Source of the DNA: Lama guanicoe
Lineage: Eukaryota
NCBI GenBank assembly: GCA_013239625.1
Contig: MU053881.1
Span: 8,269,957-8,333,956 of the forward strand
DNA: 64,000 bases
Direction of reading: 5' to 3'
Each line of letters opens with the position of its first letter. The stretch's first letter is position 1. The notes under the pieces are model-generated. The model made no database searches and had not been told where the DNA came from. It worked only from the letters and a program-made list of their open reading frames with translations. A program made the translations under genes and the position numbers. Of the stretch, positions 51,340-64,000 are shown piece by piece.

Positions 51340-53211
51340 AATACTTATACAAGTAGTCTGAGCAACCTTAAACTGACTGAATGTGTGACGGTGAGCATAA
51401 GTAACTTTCATAATCATAAGGAGTCACTGAAATAAAAAATAAATTAAAATTTACTATTAAAATGACACAAGGCTTTGGAATCAGAAAGAACTAGGTTCAA
51501 AGCCTGCTTGGCATCTTCTCAGTTACATGACATTAGATAAGTTACTTAGCCTCTCTGGTTCCCAGTTTCTTTCCTGTTGAAATAGAGTTAGTGAAGAACA
51601 CCTATTGAATGAGGTTGTTGTGAGGTTTAAAATCAGAGAATAAGTGTAAATCCCTTAGTCCAGTCCCTGATACATACTAGCTGCTAAACAAACATCTCGC
51701 TGTTGTTTCTTGACACTGGTTGAGCCCATGTTGGCTAGCAAGGCCCCTAAGCAAAGAACAGGACTTCTGTCATGTACGAGCATTGAGAATTCTTTGAAGC
51801 AGCCTGGCATAGTGCCAGTTTGCCTTGTGCAGACTGGAAATACACATTTCAAACAGGGCTTAGACATTTGTTTGGTTCCAGATGGAATTCGCTCCTGTCC
51901 AGATGCTGCTGGAAACCGACTCACCTTCCATCAGTGGCTGTGAAGGTAAACAGGTGAGAAGTGAGCAAGGTAAAGGAAACAGACTTCTTTCCACACCATG
52001 GACAAGATCCGCGCTGTGCACAAGGACTCAGGGTCCGTACAGTGCGTGGGGGATCTAGTTTGATTTTGCGTTGGCTAGTCAATTTGGCTAGTTGAATGTT
52101 AATTAAAAATTGACTTTCACAAAGACCTGAAGTTTATGCCATAGAACATTCAAAGCAAGAAGCTATGACGTAAGGAAGCTTGAGATCTAGTTAATGACGT
52201 GAATTCAGTCATTCTTGCATTGAATCACTCATTCCACTACCAGAATGCCTTCCCTTATGGTGGGAAGGGAGAAACTGGGAGTTCGAAATTTGCACCTTTT
52301 GGGGAGTGATGGACATGTTAGGTTTCTTGATTTTGGTGGTGGTTTCATAGGTGTATACACATCTATCAAAATTCGTCAAACGGTACATCTGAAATATGTG
52401 TAGTTTACTGTACAGAAATTATACCACAATAAACTTGTTTAAAAAAAAGAAAGTCTTTCCCTAGTTGGACTCTGTCTCGAGGCCCACCTAGCTGCAGTCC
52501 TTACCGCAGCCCAAGTAAACTTTATAAAATGTGATTCTAATCCTGACACTGCCCTGCCTTTAAATCTCTGGTGAGTCCCTGCTGTTCTTTGAACAAAGTC
52601 CAAACTCTTTAACATGGTTCATAAAAAAACACGGTCATGATCTGGTTTAAAACCCTCCAATGGTATTATATTACTTCTATGATAGAATCCAAACTCTCTT
52701 CTGTGCCCTACGAAGCCCTGCATGATCTGGATCCTCCCTGACCTAAGCTCTCCCCACCTTCTACCCCACCTCCCTCATTCCACTCCAGACCCACTGGCCA
52801 TCTTCTTGTTTCACCAACGTGCCTCGGAGCCTTTGCACCTGCTGTTGCCTCTGCTGAGAGCACTCTTTCTTGAGTTCTTAGCATAGCTGTTTCCTTAAAT
52901 CTCCCTAATCATCCAATCTGTCACACACACACATCAAAGAGTTGACTTTCTTAACAGCACTTATCGTAAGTGGTAATTCTCTCACTTCTGTATCTGTAGG
53001 TCCCATGAAAGCAGGAATCCTATCAGCCAGGGTCATCGGAATATCCACAACTCACCAAATGGTGCCTCACCTACAGGATATGCTCAAAACTTCCCTTTGG
53101 CATGAATGAATCTCCGTTTTCCAGACTTGGAATCCAAAGCTCAGACAGCTTAGGGGAGTCGCTTAAGTAGCAGGGCCAAGTCTGGCTGATTTGCAAGTCC
53201 ATGCTCTAGAC

Positions 53212-53481
53212 CAGTGATGCTCAAAGCCCCTGGTCAGCGAACTATGTGTTACTGGTTCAAGCCTAAGGCAGTGACAGATTGTGTCAAAACGTGCGACAAC
53301 GCAATGCTGCCTTCATCGAGCATATCTTGCTATGCAAAAAAAAAAAAAATGGCTGAGGGGAAAACAGTGTGGTTAGTGACGTAGCTGATGTAAGTTCAGT
53401 GGCAAGCTCCCTACTGCGCTGGGGTCTAATCACAAATGGATGGGGGTCGGCACCCACCGCGCCCCACTTTGATCAGCATTG
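53212..53481. mobile_element. hAT-Charlie non-autonomous element
   Basis: Imperfect TIRs cagtgatgctcaaag / ctttgatcagcattg with related 8-mers on the flanks (ctctagac / ctctcgcc). Confidence 0.55.
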
Positions 53482-54889
53482 CTCTCGCCCCGCCACCACA
53501 CCACACTCCGAGCCCTTCTTTACGCTGTAGCCCATGACTTCCTATGAAGCACCTGGTTTATTCCTGGCTCCGTCTTCCTCTCATTTGTGGGCTTAAGCAC
53601 AGGAAGTGTCTGCTAATTTGTATTGCAAATGAAGAGAATATTGAGATGATTTTCTTCTTCTTCTTTTTTTTTTTAATCCTACTTTTCAAAGCCAGCAAAC
53701 AAACCTATTTTTTTGGATTATTTCCCCGGTTTTGGAATTTTCATGAGGCTCCAAGCTCCAGAAAGCTATTCTTGCTGGCTAGTTGGCTAAACTCTCAGTC
53801 AAAGCCCTGATTTCCAAACCAGAACTGTGCAAACTATTCTTATACACACTGGCCTCACAGCCTAAGGCAGTGACAGCCTTAAAAAAGTCCTATGAGGCCA
53901 AGGCCTGTCCTTATGTGCTCTTAGCCTCTTATACTGGTGCAGAGTTCCCTAACCAGTCTGCCCCCATTCTCCATCACTGGGGGCTTTCTATCAGTGCTTT
54001 CACTTCTAACCTCATCAAATAGACCCCCTACACACACACACACACCCCTCATGCCAAGGCAGAATACCAGTTGGAGAGGTTTGCTCATTCATTCAACTAT
54101 TCAGGGTTTTCTCTGTGCCAGGAATTGTATTAAGAGTTAAGGACTAAAAGAGTCCATGTCCTCTGGGATCTTCTTGAGCTGAGTGAGGACGTAAGACAAA
54201 ATATGACTTAAATAGTAAGTATCATGGTGAATGCTATGAACAAAAGCACTAAAGTTTTCTAAAAAGGTCAAAAGATAGTCTGCTTATGTTTGCTGGTGAG
54301 GGCAGAAGAGACATTTAAAGGGAGGCTAGAATATCAGCATGAATGCTTTGTCTCTCCAGTAGTCACGTCCAAAGCTCTCATGTGCCAGGGACGGGGTCGA
54401 GCACTTTATATGGAGGAAGTCATTTCATCTTCACAGAGGCTGAAGGCATGGGAGCCATTTTGATTCCCATTTTACAGATGAGGAAAACTAAGACCTAGAG
54501 GTAAAACCACCACTCCAAAGTTGGACAACCAATCAGAGGTCAGGACCGAATTCTGCTGGGTTGTCCTGTCTAGTTTTTAACCATTGCACTCTGCTCTAAC
54601 TTGCTCAAAGCCTTGATAAATACACTTATGCAGGCATCCTTGGGCAGGAATAAGCCCACCTGTAATTAGTGCTGCCCCTGATTAAACACGGTGTTAGGAG
54701 ATACATGATGGCTCCCAGGTCATAAACTCTTCAGTGTTACCCTCATAAAGTAAAGTGATTCACACCCACTAAACTGCCTTTGTTGTTCATAATTATTGGT
54801 TACTGGAAGTTTTTTAGAAGGATGAGCGTTTCCAGGTTGCATATGAAGGACATGAACCCAAACCCATCAATTTAATCATATGTGACCCA

Positions 54890-57025
54890 ACATTCTGAGT
54901 CAGAGCCCATGCTAGACTTGGGGATACCAAGCAGAGTAAGTTACAACCCTAGCCCTCAAACAGTTCACCCGGTATTGAAAGAGACAGGTGAGTAAACAGA
55001 TCACTATATTATTATGCACTGAGTAGCAAAGACAGAAGCCTATACAGGGACCAAAAGTAGCATAGAGGAAAGGAAGTCTGTCCAGAAGAGGGGATTTCTG
55101 GGTTGGGTTTTAAAGTACGAATAGGTGTTCAATGGGAACTCAAGAAGAGAGGCTTACACATGCAAAAGCAGTAACAGCATTGGACAGTAGCATGTACGCA
55201 GTTTGCTATAAGCAGTTTTTGTCTTAGCAGAGCATACAATGAAGGGTGCGTAGTTGCAAGAGATGCCGCTAAAGAGGTTCACAGCATCCAATCATGATGG
55301 GTCTTATACCCTAGGCTGGGATTTTATCCTGAAGACAACACCGGTGGGGAGAGGCACAGTTCTAAGCCCTGGAAATGATACAGTCTGGTTTGCTTTTGAG
55401 AAAACTCACTCTTGCATCCGTAAGGAAGGCGGATGGGATAAAGCCAGCCAACAGGCAGGAAGGACCTTTACGAGTATAAATGTGAGACCCAGAGGCTGGT
55501 GCTCAGGCGAGAGCAGTGAAGTCAGGCAGGAAGGAACAGGCAGGAAGACAACAAAAAATACTTGGTGACTGGTTGGACGTGGACTGTGAGGGGGCGAGAG
55601 GAGTCCAGGATAACTCCCAACTTTCTGTGTTGGGTGAGTGGGTGGATGCTGGTGCCAGCAGCTGAGGCAGGGCCTTTAGGAAAGTGAGCAAGCAAGAGAA
55701 GAGCGGGTGGGAAGATGACAAGTTCGTATCTGGACTCGTTGAGGTTAACACGCCAGGAGGAGGGGGCAGAGCAGAGCTCCAGAGAGAGGCTCCTCCTGGT
55801 TCCCATAAGGCAATGTCTGGGAAGACTCCTTCCTGAGCAGGGCAGGAGTATATGACACTCAAGCTGGGGGGCCTCGAATATGCAAATCGTCAACCACCGA
55901 AACAAGCTAACTTCTACGACTAAACATACATTGCGCCCCTCAACCGAGGAGACGATGGCCCTCAACAAGGCCAAGGCAGAACCCTTACTTCCCGTTTATG
56001 TATTCCTCACGCTCTCCCTTCTTGGTAAAGGACACTACCATACACCCCAAAGCTCCAGCCTAAGCCCTAAAACCTACCCCTCGTGCCTCCCTTTCCCTCC
56101 CCTCATCCACTTCATCTAACTCATCCTCAGCCACCACTCTACCTCAGACAGCCCCATCACTCTTGGTCCCTCATCCTGTGTTATCGTCACAGCTTTTACA
56201 CCATCTAAATTCACTATCTGATTTGTACTATTGAAAATAATACCGTGCATCTGTCTGCTTGTTTACCGTCTATGTCCCCTTTGGAACATAAGCCCCGGGA
56301 GGGCGGGGGCTTTGTCCTGTACTTCACCGTATCCTCACCCCTAGACCGGAACCTGGCACACTGTAGGGGCCCCACAAGCATTTGTTAAATGAAGCTCTTG
56401 ATCGGGTACTTCTCTCCCTCTCTGCAGCCACCACACTGATTCATGCCCCCGCACGGTTCCTGGAGTGCTCTCGGAGCCCCCCACCCCAACCTGGCCTTGG
56501 TAACTGACTGCATGTGGTCCAGGAGGGCTGGGGGGGTAGAGCCTGAGGTGACTAGTCTTTCCAAGCCATGACACCTCTCTAACCCACCCATTTTTCACAC
56601 AGCAGCCAGAGCAGCCCTCTAAAATCAAAGATCATGTCACCCCTCCTCCTTCTTAAAATCTTCCAGTGGTCCTCAAGGCCCAGCATGCCCCATCACTTCT
56701 GTCCCTCCGACCAACCCTAACTCCAACGCCAGTCACACCTCTGTCTTCCCCAGCAATCTGCAGGGATCCCAGCTCATACTCCACCTCCTCAGAGAAGCTT
56801 CCTCTGACCATCCGAACTAAGATGCAGCCCTGCTCCTCTCCTGCAACCCCAGGTACCATCCAGCACATCAACCTGGTTATTTCTTTCACATCACTTGTCA
56901 TAGCCTGTTCTTGTTTCCTGATTTGTTAACTGGATTACTGTTTCTCTCCTTTTTGCCTCTCTCTCCCCCAGCATGGACTCCAGTGCCCAGAACATTGTCA
57001 AAGCTCAATGAGTATTTGTTAGATG
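54890..57025. mobile_element. Cluster of L2 fragments in both orientations
   Basis: L2 motifs such as 'ggagtccaggataactcccaactttct', 'gcacactgtagg..cccacaagcatttgttaaatgaa', 'cacacagcagccagagcagccctctaaaatc'. Confidence 0.55.
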
Positions 57026-57199
57026 GAATTGTGCTTCCATTATCATGACAGTGATGCTGCTGCCCCTTACACTAATGATGCTCCCCACAGTGAGATGCTG
57101 GTTTGGATTTGTGGATCCAAGGACCGACTGGAGCATGTTCTTGACGAACTAGTTAGAGACAGAATCCACTGTTATAAGCTTGGTCTGGGCTTTGAAGCT

Positions 57200-57233
57200 A
57201 GAGAGAGAGAGAGAGTGTGTGTGTGTGTGTGTG
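57200..57233. repeat. Compound (GA)n(GT)n microsatellite
   Basis: agagagagagagagagtgtgtgtgtgtgtgtgtgt read directly. Confidence 0.9.
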
Positions 57234-59689
57234 TTTTCTTCATACTAGTAGACCTCACAGTCATCATTAGGTACAATCTACCACCTGTCTCAAAGGAGAC
57301 CCACTCAGTAAAAGCAAAATGAGGATGTGTCAGGTCTCCTCTATCACTTTGCAAGATGGGATGAAATAATTGTGTTTGGTAGAGAACAAATATTGAGACA
57401 GGCAAGTGCTCACATTAAGAACTTTTCTTGGCCCCTTTAGGATGTTCTTTGCAGCTCCCCACACTCACTCTGTCAGGAAGGGTTCTGAAGACACAGTAGG
57501 GAAGAGAGAAAATGCAGTTAACCAGACACTGCTGGAGGGAGGATGGGGCCAACAGCCAACAGGGGCTGCAGAAGACCGATTCTGGCCAGAAACTGAAAAG
57601 GGATGACATGTCAGTTTCAATAACACTGGGGAAAACTTAAAGAAAAACATAGTTAAACTCATGTAACATGGCTCCTGAAAAAGAGGTATATTTTAGTGAA
57701 CCTCAGAGGTGGAAGAAATCTCAATTGTTGCATTTTACAGATGTGTAACTTGAACCCAGAGAGGAGAAAGGACTTCCCCAGGGTGCTAGTGAAATTCCAC
57801 GCCTGATCTAAAACTAGACTTCTACGTGAAGGTTCGTGTTTTTCTGGCACATGACAACATCACACATGTGAATCTAAAACTGAAGCTAAATTAAACTAAG
57901 TCATCCATATGTGGCCACAGAAACCAGCAAAAGCCTGTGTCAAAAACTCACCAAAATTCCTATTGCTTTCATTTCTAGCTTGCCTTCCTCTTGGTCCATG
58001 GCGAGCCTATCACAAGGCATATGTACCACCTCCTCTTTGACGTCCAAGCTGATACTATCAAAAGAGGCAGGAAACAACCAAAAGATGTATGTTGGCAGAT
58101 AACAGGGTACACACGAGACTTACAGAAGCAACTGATGAGTCGTACTCGATGGTGAACATTCTTTGAAGCCGTATCAGCTCAGAAATCATGACTCGCACTC
58201 CAAAACATTGTGGGAAAGCTGGACCATTCAAGAATATCTGGGGTTCTGTCTAGGATGAAATGACTTGGTGGGGGGGAGAGGAAAAGAAGGTTAAGTCTAC
58301 CACTCAGGTTTCTAAGTGATCAGGCCACATATCTGGGAGCTCACAATAATGTACCTATAAAAAATATACATAAAAATATATTTCTAAATAACAAATGTGG
58401 AGCCTGTGGTCCTAATAGCAGAAGATAAGGAACCACAAAGCATCAATCAGACTTGAGGTCCAATCCTAAATAACAAACTTGGGCAAACAGTTTAGATACT
58501 TAACCTTTCTTCCTTATTTTTACAATAAGGATAATGATGACAATAAAAACACAAGCATCATTTACTGATCACTACACATGACAGTCAACAAGTAAAGCAC
58601 TTTATGTACCTTCTTTCATCTCAACCTTCATCTCAAGCCCATGAAAGATAGGCATCTTTTTTTTTAACACCTTCCTTGTGGTATGGTTCCTGGACAGTAA
58701 ACTACACATATTTCAGATGTACAATTAAGGCATCATTATTTCCAATGAGAATCAAAGAGATGGAGTAATTTGCCCAAATTTATAACCAAGTTGTAGAACG
58801 AAGATGTGAACTGAAGTTTGAGATCTTAATCATTTTATTTCAGAGGGTGATTGTGAGGATTAAATTTAAATTAAAAATTTTAAAGTAGGGAAAGCACCCT
58901 GCAAAGTTCTATCTCTTAGTACATGCTCCCTAAATGATGGTTTGTGTCCCTTTGGGTCCTTATTTGCAACCTTTGTCATATTCTCCACAAAGGAGGGGTA
59001 ATAAAGCTCACTTCTCCATTGCCAACTCTCAAACCATCTTTTGCCAAAGTCACTAAATTCCTGGTCACCTAACTGGAGGAGATGAGGCCAGAAGACCCCC
59101 AGTGCCATCCCTTCCCATTCCAGCTAGAGGACTCAGAATCTAGGAGGCACAGGGTAAGGAGTGAAAACTGGAACACTTAACTTTCTTCCCCGGGAATCAA
59201 CTTTCCCTTTGGAAGGAGAGAGCTGGGCCACAGTGCCCCTGAGGGAACCATGGAAGGGTGGCAAAGAGCACGTGCTCCGCAAGTGGCTTAACTTCTAAGA
59301 TCCTGTCCCACCTTCAAAATGAGTGATAGATAATCACTGTACGCAGTTCACAAAGTTGCCGGATTATATCATATAATTCCCTAGAAGCGCTTAGCAGAGT
59401 GACTGGCACATGGTAAGCATTTTATAAATGTTACCTAGTATTGTTACTGCCGTTACTATTAATGTCACCATCCTTCCATTCCATTCCAGCATTCCAGGTG
59501 TCAGCCAGGGAATTCCTTTGTGAATGACTTTAACTTACAAATGCATTCACTAGTCTGTCTGAAGAGCTGCTCGGGAGCGCTGTATTTAGCGCTCTCCCTA
59601 GTACAACGACCAGGTTTTCTGCCTCCAAAAGTCTGCAACTTGCAGAACAGCCATTACAATTCCAGCAAAGAGCTCCCTTCGCCTTCTCT

Positions 59690-60720
59690 CCCTCCCGGCG
59701 CCGGGGCGAGGCTCGGGCTCTAGACTTCCTCCGCCCGCCCACATCAGCCACCATTGGTCGCCTGGCCGCTGGCGTGATTAAAGCTCCGCCCCCCTCTCTC
59801 TGGGACCACTCTGAGGCGATCTCTGGAAGCGGAGGGGCCACTGAGGAGGACCCGCGATGCATCCTGGGTTTTGTAGTTCATCTGCACGGCTGCAGCCTGA
59901 GAGTGGGGCCTCGCGACCCCGGGAACTACAATCCCCAGCAGCCAGGAGGAGAACGGAGAGAAGGGGGGGCTAGCGTCACGTGGGCGCTGGGCCTGGGCGG
60001 GCTAGTTCTCAGTGCGGCGGCGGCGGCTCGGGGGAACGGGGCCTTTTGTTTGGAGCGGCGGCGGGGGGGCCCGGGAGCGGCGAGGCCGGCGGCCTTCCCC
60101 AGCTCGCTAGCTCCCGGCCGCCCCTCGCGGGGGTGGGGCGGCCGCCCCCTGGGCCGGGCCTCGTCTTAGGCGCCGCCGCCCCGCCCTTGGCCCGCCCCGC
60201 CCGGCCCGAGGGGAGGAACCGGCCGGGCCTCCCCAAGAGGCCCAGCCACCTCCGGAGTCGCAGCCACAAGCTTCCGCGCGCGGGACCCGAGGCTGCCTCT
60301 CGCCCCTCAGGCCGACGCCATGAAGATCAAGGATGCCAAGAAACCCTGTAAGATGGGGGCTTGGGCCCGTCGGGTTGGGAGAGCACGTTGGGCCCGGGCT
60401 GGAAGCCGCTTGGCGGGGCGGCCTGGTTCAAAGCCGGGCTCTCTGCGCTGGCGCCCCGCACGGGATGCGAGTGGAGGGACCTTTTCAGCACCGGGGTCGA
60501 GGCTCCCTCCCCATCCCCCTATGCTCGGGTGACGGTCGCTTGCTGCCCCCTAGCCTTCCCTCCCACTTCCTCCTCGAGATCTGGGAGGTGCTAGAGGGGG
60601 ATTTTTTGTTTCGGGGTTTGCTAGGCAAGACTTAGAGCTACGAGTCCGCTCTCCCAGCTTCCTCTGAAGTCAAGTTGAAAACTGGCGGCCGCGGCTGTCA
60701 AATTGCGCGGGGACATTTAC
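59690..60720 (+). promoter_or_regulatory. PANK3: CpG-island promoter / 5' UTR of PANK3
   Basis: Very high GC and CpG density. GC boxes (ccgccc about 59731 and 59786), inverted CCAAT (attgg about 59753), ZNF143-type ACTACA motifs, GTCACGTG E-box 59975-59982; no obvious TATA box. Confidence 0.9.
60320..60347 (+). CDS. PANK3: PANK3 (pantothenate kinase 3) first coding exon
   Basis: Kozak-like gacgccATG, encodes MKIKDAKKP plus 1 nt, then gtaaga donor at 60348. Matches the PANK3 N-terminus (MKIKDAKKPSFPWFG). Lies in a CpG island and fits the known SLIT3-PANK3 tandem synteny. Confidence 0.93.
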
Positions 60721-63700
60721 CATCCTTTTAAACTGATTTCTGAGCTTTCTGTGTCCTTGAAATCCCGGTGGGTTCCTGGCAGTTGTCACTGTTGTTATAA
60801 TTAGAACTTTTAAACACACGTGCATGACACCTACCAGTGGGTAATTGCCCTGGACTGTTTTTGTGTAGCAACTAGTTTGTCTGTTTGTTTTTAATACCGA
60901 TGGAAGATTAACATCACCCCTATTGCCGCCACTCAGGTAACCAATATTAATAGTTTGGTGACTACTCAGATTTTTCTGTGAATATGTATAGCATGTAATT
61001 TAAGAAAAAAATTCTTTCCATAGTTTGAGAGTAGATCGAGAGAGTTTGCTTCCTTTTATTTTTAGCTTTTTAAAAACCTTTTACTCCTGTAAATGGCTTC
61101 TTTAATCTGTCTGCCATTGTGATTGTCATACTTGAAGTCCATTCTTCCAGAGCAACTAGGAAAGTGGAATGCGTACTTACATCTTAGGATTGTATTGGTA
61201 TTTTGCCGTTTTACATTGTTGAGTGATCCAACAGTTCTAGTAAATCTCTTGCTATAAAACAGAGCACTAACACCATCCCTTCCCGCCCATGAGGTTTCTT
61301 GTAAACCTCTCTGGAGAGGCAACACTACGATAGCACTCTGAAAATTGCTGATTGTTATTTAAATGTGAAATAACTTGGTCTTAATTTTACTGTTGAGAAA
61401 ATTGAACTTACTGAGCCCCAGAATAAGGCTGCACCAACCAACTCTGCTAAATGAGGTTCGGGGCCCTAAGTCACCTGACTCATAGTCCAGTGTTCTTTCT
61501 TCTGTACCTGGAGGGCATAGTCTAAATACTTAAAGACAAACCTTTCTAACCTGGCAGTTTTATCTGCCAATTAAAACATTTCTTAAGTGATGATTTTTTT
61601 TAAATGATAGCTAATGAGTTCTTATTCAGGAGTCTATAAAATAATGATGTGAAGGCTTAAATGACAGTAATATAGAAACACTTCTAGTTTACACTTGCTG
61701 AATTAAGTGAATCTTGAACAGTTTGTAGAACTGTAATGCAGTAATGTAGAACAATTGGACATCTTCCCTCAGCACATATATTTTCTTTGCTTGTCTTAGA
61801 ATTTCCATTTAGTAAAATGAGTTTAACTGTGACAAGCTCATATTTCTGACTTTTATGGTATTATTTTATTTTTGCCAGGACAGTGATTTGATGCCTTAGA
61901 TTGGGCAAGCTTGTAGTCACTTAACCGCCTCTGTCAGAGGTGTTTCTTATCTAGCAAAGATGATAATTAAATGCATATTTGCTTATTACTACATTGTGGT
62001 GCATTGTAAGACCATCAACATTAGAGTTATGCTGAAAAAGCAATCAACTGATATGATTTAGAAGTCTGAAATAACATTTCCCGTTTCTTATACATAAAAG
62101 GTGACTTGACTGTCTACTCAGTTCTTTCCAGTAAAAATAAATATCTTGTTTGTGTGAGGGGGAAAGGAAGTATTTCAGCTGTGAACTATCGGGGACATGC
62201 GTATGTATAAAACTGGAAAGGATTACTTCCTATGTTTTAAACCACTCAGGTTAGCTAAAGATACATTTGTTTTGGTTTTGGGTTCTTGTATAGGGTTTCT
62301 TTTCATAATCACAAATTTACTGAGCACTTGTATGTAAGACACTGTCTTTACATGCATTGCATCATTTGAACCTTAGAGCAGCACTGGGATCTAAAAGCTG
62401 TGCCTCATACTGGTTTGTTTTTCATGCACTTTGTGCCTCATACACTTGTTTGTGTCAGGCTTCACATACCTTCATAGAATTACTCACCTGTTAGAAAACA
62501 TTGCTTTTCGTTCCATCACTAATATATAACAGCTTATAAACCAAATGCATGTATTTAACCAGAAAATAAGAAAAAGAATTGGTTTCATTCTCTAGATTGT
62601 GCAACTAAAAGATAAGCTTTTGAAATTTCATGTTAATTCAACTCCAAGGGAAGAATGAAGTCAAACATTAACCTAATGAAAACTTTTTACTAAAACCACA
62701 ACAATGGCAGTGTTTGGATCACCTTTACTTGTGTTTTTCACGCTGCTTAAATACCTCTGTGCCTCAACTGACATGATTTTTTAAGGTGGAGGTTTTTCAG
62801 CCTTTGTTTTGCTCACCTGTATGGCACTTAATGGGATTAAGAAGGTGATAATAAGCGATTATATATATATTATATACATATGTTTGTTTTGTTTTTTTAA
62901 TTTGGTGCTATATAGGTTTGGGGGCCTGCTTTTCTAACCAAAGCAGTAGGGTGCCTGAAGTTTTTGTCAAGACCAAAGAGAAGTATGCATCATATGTGTG
63001 CTGTTTCTTCTGTATAATTTGACCTGTTTGTAAATTGAGTCATTACTTAAGAACAATCACTTCTAGTAGATAATAAGGTGCAACTGATAGCCCCTTAGAT
63101 GTAACTCATTTACCAAAGGGGGGAAAAATCTTCTGAAGCTCTTCTGAGGAATTATAATACTGAAGGTGAGAAGATGGTTTTTTTCTTAGTCTATTTTAGA
63201 ACAAAAACTTTTTTTGAATGATTATCAGGAAGAGTGAAATGTCTTTTATTCAAGAACTTGAAGCATATCTGTACTCTACCAGTGCACATGCCCATTTTAG
63301 AATTTTGTTCCTTAAGATAATCCACTAACATTTTGAACATTTTAAGCATTTGGTTTCTCTTTCTGCTAGAGAACAATTAAATCCTAGTTTGGCACAGGAT
63401 CCCTTTGAGCTAAAATCTGCATGGGGCCAATAGCAATTAAACAGCTCTTTAAAGCTTCTCCCCTACTCCTTAACAACACTTAACAAAGTACCGAACTTTT
63501 GTAACAGCTTGTTGGAAATCAACAGTCGGCCCTTGTGGCTAGGTATCTTCTGTTAATCATCTAGAAAGATGATCAGACAAGTGCATTTCTTTTGCATACA
63601 TAATCTACCTGGTAAGAAAGATAGCACTCTTGGTAGCACTCTGCTTGTAGTGGTTCTAGATATTTTTGTTACTTATGGGGACCTAATGGAAGTCATTGCA

Positions 63701-64000
63701 GCTCTGTTAGGCTCAGGTGAGAAACAGAATAGGAGCTATTATTTTTGGAAGGCCACATGAACAGATGAGAGATCTAGGAAATGCTCAAAGTCTAGGAAAG
63801 ATAATCAAAGTACTTATTTATATTTATGGAAAATGAAAATGTGTTTTGTTCTTTAAATGTATTTTGATCCCTTTTTTTTGGCCTTTGGCAATGGAGAGTT
63901 TTATTTCTCAAAAGATAGAGAAATATTTAGGTTATATGGAGGAAGTGGGCAGCTTATGCACTGTTGACCTACTTTTAACTTGGCCCTTGGCTAGAAGCAG

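Noticed and set aside
60483..60503. ttcagcacc half-site resembling a REST/RE1 element in PANK3 intron 1
   Set aside because: The right half (GGACAG) is absent; the match is too partial.
60320..60532. 70-aa ORF continuing past MKIKDAKKP
   Set aside because: Everything after 60347 is intron read-through past a canonical gtaaga donor.
60348..64000. Searched for PANK3 exon 2 and the intronic miR-103 hairpin; also for miR-218 in the SLIT3 introns
   Set aside because: No FPWFGMDIGG-coding sequence or mature miRNA sequence was seen; these lie outside the window.

Overview
Mammalian genomic DNA, most likely camelid: at least six copies of a tRNA-Ala-like SINE resembling camelid vic-1, plus an artiodactyl-type internally deleted Tigger1. 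The window holds the last four coding exons and 3' UTR of SLIT3 (+ strand, 8782-13577; laminin-G end, three EGF repeats, C-terminal cystine knot). About 42 kb of repeat-rich intergenic DNA follows, then the CpG-island promoter and first coding exon of PANK3 (+, 60320-60347). The intergenic part contains a decayed processed UBE2N (Ubc13) pseudogene on the minus strand, a near-perfect 316/319-bp tandem duplication, a dense nested cluster of solo LTRs, ERVL gag and MaLR internal remnants, and many L1/L2/MIR/DNA-transposon fossils. I see no evidence for a new multi-gene biological system. The points worth following up are regulatory and retrotransposition-related. Repeat family names come from recalled consensus motifs, not from a search, and boundaries of old repeats are approximate.
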